This document shows positions 61,933 to 64,000 of a stretch of 64,000 nt of DNA, one piece after another. Position numbers and translations under genes: made by a program. Numbering within the stretch: position 1 is the first letter of the stretch; each line of letters opens with the position of its first letter. The notes below the pieces were generated by a model. The model did no database searches. It was not told the DNA's origin and saw nothing but the letters and a program-made list of their open reading frames with translations. The stretch is from Octopus sinensis (lineage: Eukaryota), in assembly GCF_006345805.1 (NCBI RefSeq), contig NC_043011.1, forward strand, positions 6,634,001 to 6,698,000. Direction: 5' to 3'.

Positions 61933-62005
61933 GCTGAAATAGCGCAGTTGGGAAAGCATTAGACTCAAAATTCAAAGGTCCTTGGTTCAATCCTGGTTTT
62001 CAGCA
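61933..62005 (+). pseudogene. tRNA-Phe(GAA)-derived pseudogene
   Basis: 73 nt colinear with the eukaryotic tRNA-Phe sequence as I recall it (about 13 differences); anticodon now CAA; D, anticodon and T stems disrupted. Confidence 0.8.
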
Positions 62006-62496
62006 ATGTGTATGTTCACCTATATATTTTGTCCAACCCATGCCAGCATGGAAAACAGACATTAGCTGAAGATAATCTTTCTCTAAAATATATGGACAAG
62101 TAACAGTATATGGTCACTGACCCCTTTAGCATACAAACTGACCACATCAGGCCCAAATGTCCTACTTGTTTGGTGTTTGCCTCTCACACCTACCCTACAA
62201 TGTCATTCTAAAAATTAACAAGCATGTCAGTGAAACCTCATGGCTACAAGATAATGCAGGATTAATTCTAAGCAATGTGAAAAAAATAAGATTTACATTT
62301 AACAAAGAAATCTGAATGCTGACCAGTTAAACACCACAGCTAGTAACAAGGTACTCCTCTCTTAAAGGAGTAACAAGGTACTCCTCGCTTAAAACATACT
62401 TTTCTCTAAAATGTACCAAACATTAACAAACAACACATAGCAACGATCCCTTCTGAATAAACCTTCAGAAACTATTAAAACTCCTTCAGATTTTAA

Positions 62497-62717
62497 CCTT
62501 TTCGTTACTGTATTTATTTTGAGATGTTCTGGGTTTCTTTCAATTATTTTGAATATAACAAAGAATTTAGTAAAATAACTTAGTTGTTATTCAGCTAGTG
62601 TTGGGAACATTAATTGTGATTAAGGTTTGGTGGAAGATTTTAATTCAAAACTTTTGAAAACAAGACATTTATACAAAAGAGCCAGAGCCGGTTTCAGCCG
62701 GGTTGGTAACGAAAGGG
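62497..62717. mobile_element. piggyBac-like MITE P2
   Basis: TTAA-CCTTTTCGTTACTG ... GGTAACGAAAGGG-TTAA. Confidence 0.85.
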
Positions 62718-63017
62718 TTAAACCAGCAGGTCTCAACCTGGCTCCCAGGACTGCATGCAGCCCTCAAAGGGCTTTCCTCTAGAAATATAAATTTTTCTGT
62801 AATTGATTTGTATTTTTTATTGTTTTGGTGTGCTCCCTAAAAAAAAAAAGAAAAAAAAAACAGGTTTTGGAACTGGGGCCTGAATATTAAAAAGGCTGAG
62901 AATCATTACTCAAGAAGCTTCTCACAAAATATTTATTTAGTTTCTCATGTTTTCCAATTCTACCAAAGCTTTTAAACTTTTTTCTTTTCTTAATCGATTA
63001 ATTTTATTTATGAGATG

Positions 63018-63220
63018 CAGAACGGATTTTTGTCAGTGAAGGGGTCGCGGTCTTAAAGCGACGAAAATATTTTGACAAATTAAACTTAAATGTTGAAGTG
63101 AATCGAACGGCTTTTGTGTGTTTCTTAAATGGCTTATAAACACCTTCCACGCTGCAATTGTTTTCGTTTCAGCACACGATCTCAGATCAAATCACTTGCT
63201 ATGCAAGTACATCTCCGTAA
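63018..63220 (+). mobile_element. Single arm of the 42785 palindrome family, with a degenerate hammerhead-like motif at 63032-63076
   Basis: Near-identical to 42939-43125 including the downstream CAGCACACGATCTCAGATC. Confidence 0.8.
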
Positions 63221-63551
63221 TTTTATTCTCCCAAAAGTAAAACCTTTACAAACCACAGTATGAAAGAAAGAACACTTTAAGCCGATAATATAAAATAAAT
63301 AATGATTACTTATACATAATAGTTATAAAATATATATAGATCGGTTATGTATATATAATGATTGTGTATTGAAAATTTATATATTTGATTAAATATGCAA
63401 GAAAATGTAAAATATTTGAACATTCTTACAATTTAGAATTGTGTCCATTCCAGTTAATTGAAAAAAGTCTTCAACTATATGTATGTGAGTGTATTTTTTG
63501 TAGGATTAACAACCCACTGTGTCATGGTGTGTGTGTGCGTGTTGATGTATA

Positions 63552-63930
63552 TCTCTCTATATATAAAGCTGCAGTTGTCTGTGTATGGCAGGTTTGGTAG
63601 CCTTCAACTAACACTATCTCCTCTGATACCCTGCGGCGCAAGTTGACCAAAATTGAGAGTATGATAGAAGGCTTGCTCTTCCTTCCGTAGAAGAAAAAAT
63701 TCAAATTGGACCATGTTAACACCAACAATTATTTACATCAAAAAGGTGCTTTTTTTTCCAGGAAAATCCTTATTTTTTACAATTTTTTTACTGCTGTGTT
63801 GCCATTTTTCAGTGTATTTCAACCAGAAAAATATTCAGAATAAGGTATATAATGCAAAATTTTTACTTTTCAAAAATTCCAATTCTAAAGGGTCGAAACA
63901 AACCTGAGCAACACCGGGCGATACTGCTAG
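63552..63930 (+). mobile_element. Non-autonomous Helitron
   Basis: 5' A|TCTCTCTATATATAAAG; 3' hairpin CCTGAGCAACACCGGG followed by CTAG|T; no TSD. Confidence 0.7.
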
Positions 63931-64000
63931 TAATTATATATGTGCAGAAGCAGTATTAGTAGTAAAAGGCAATCATGATATCCAACTCAACGTGGATGTC

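Overview
AT-rich, repeat-saturated eukaryotic DNA, most likely from an octopus (coleoid cephalopod) genome. That assignment is inferred from the SINE/MITE repertoire and was not verified by any search. I can support no host protein-coding gene: the long ORFs in the track are translations of (CA)/(TA)/(GA) microsatellites or of repeats. The window holds several tRNA-derived SINE families with shuffled modules, 5'-truncated RTE LINEs and their long 3' UTRs, a CR1 fragment, TTAA-flanked piggyBac-like MITEs, hAT and pogo-like MITEs, a non-autonomous Helitron, a decayed tRNA-Phe, fold-back hairpins and two ~0.45-0.6 kb tandem duplications. The most interesting signal is RNA structure. At least four unrelated families of hammerhead-ribozyme-like motifs are scattered through the window. 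They include minimal type I motifs with palindromic stem III (typical of Penelope-like elements), a core variant with a G3-C8 swap, and a candidate non-circularly permuted (pseudoknotted) hammerhead at 21899-21970. Repeat boundaries are read by eye and are approximate unless a TSD or TIR fixes them.
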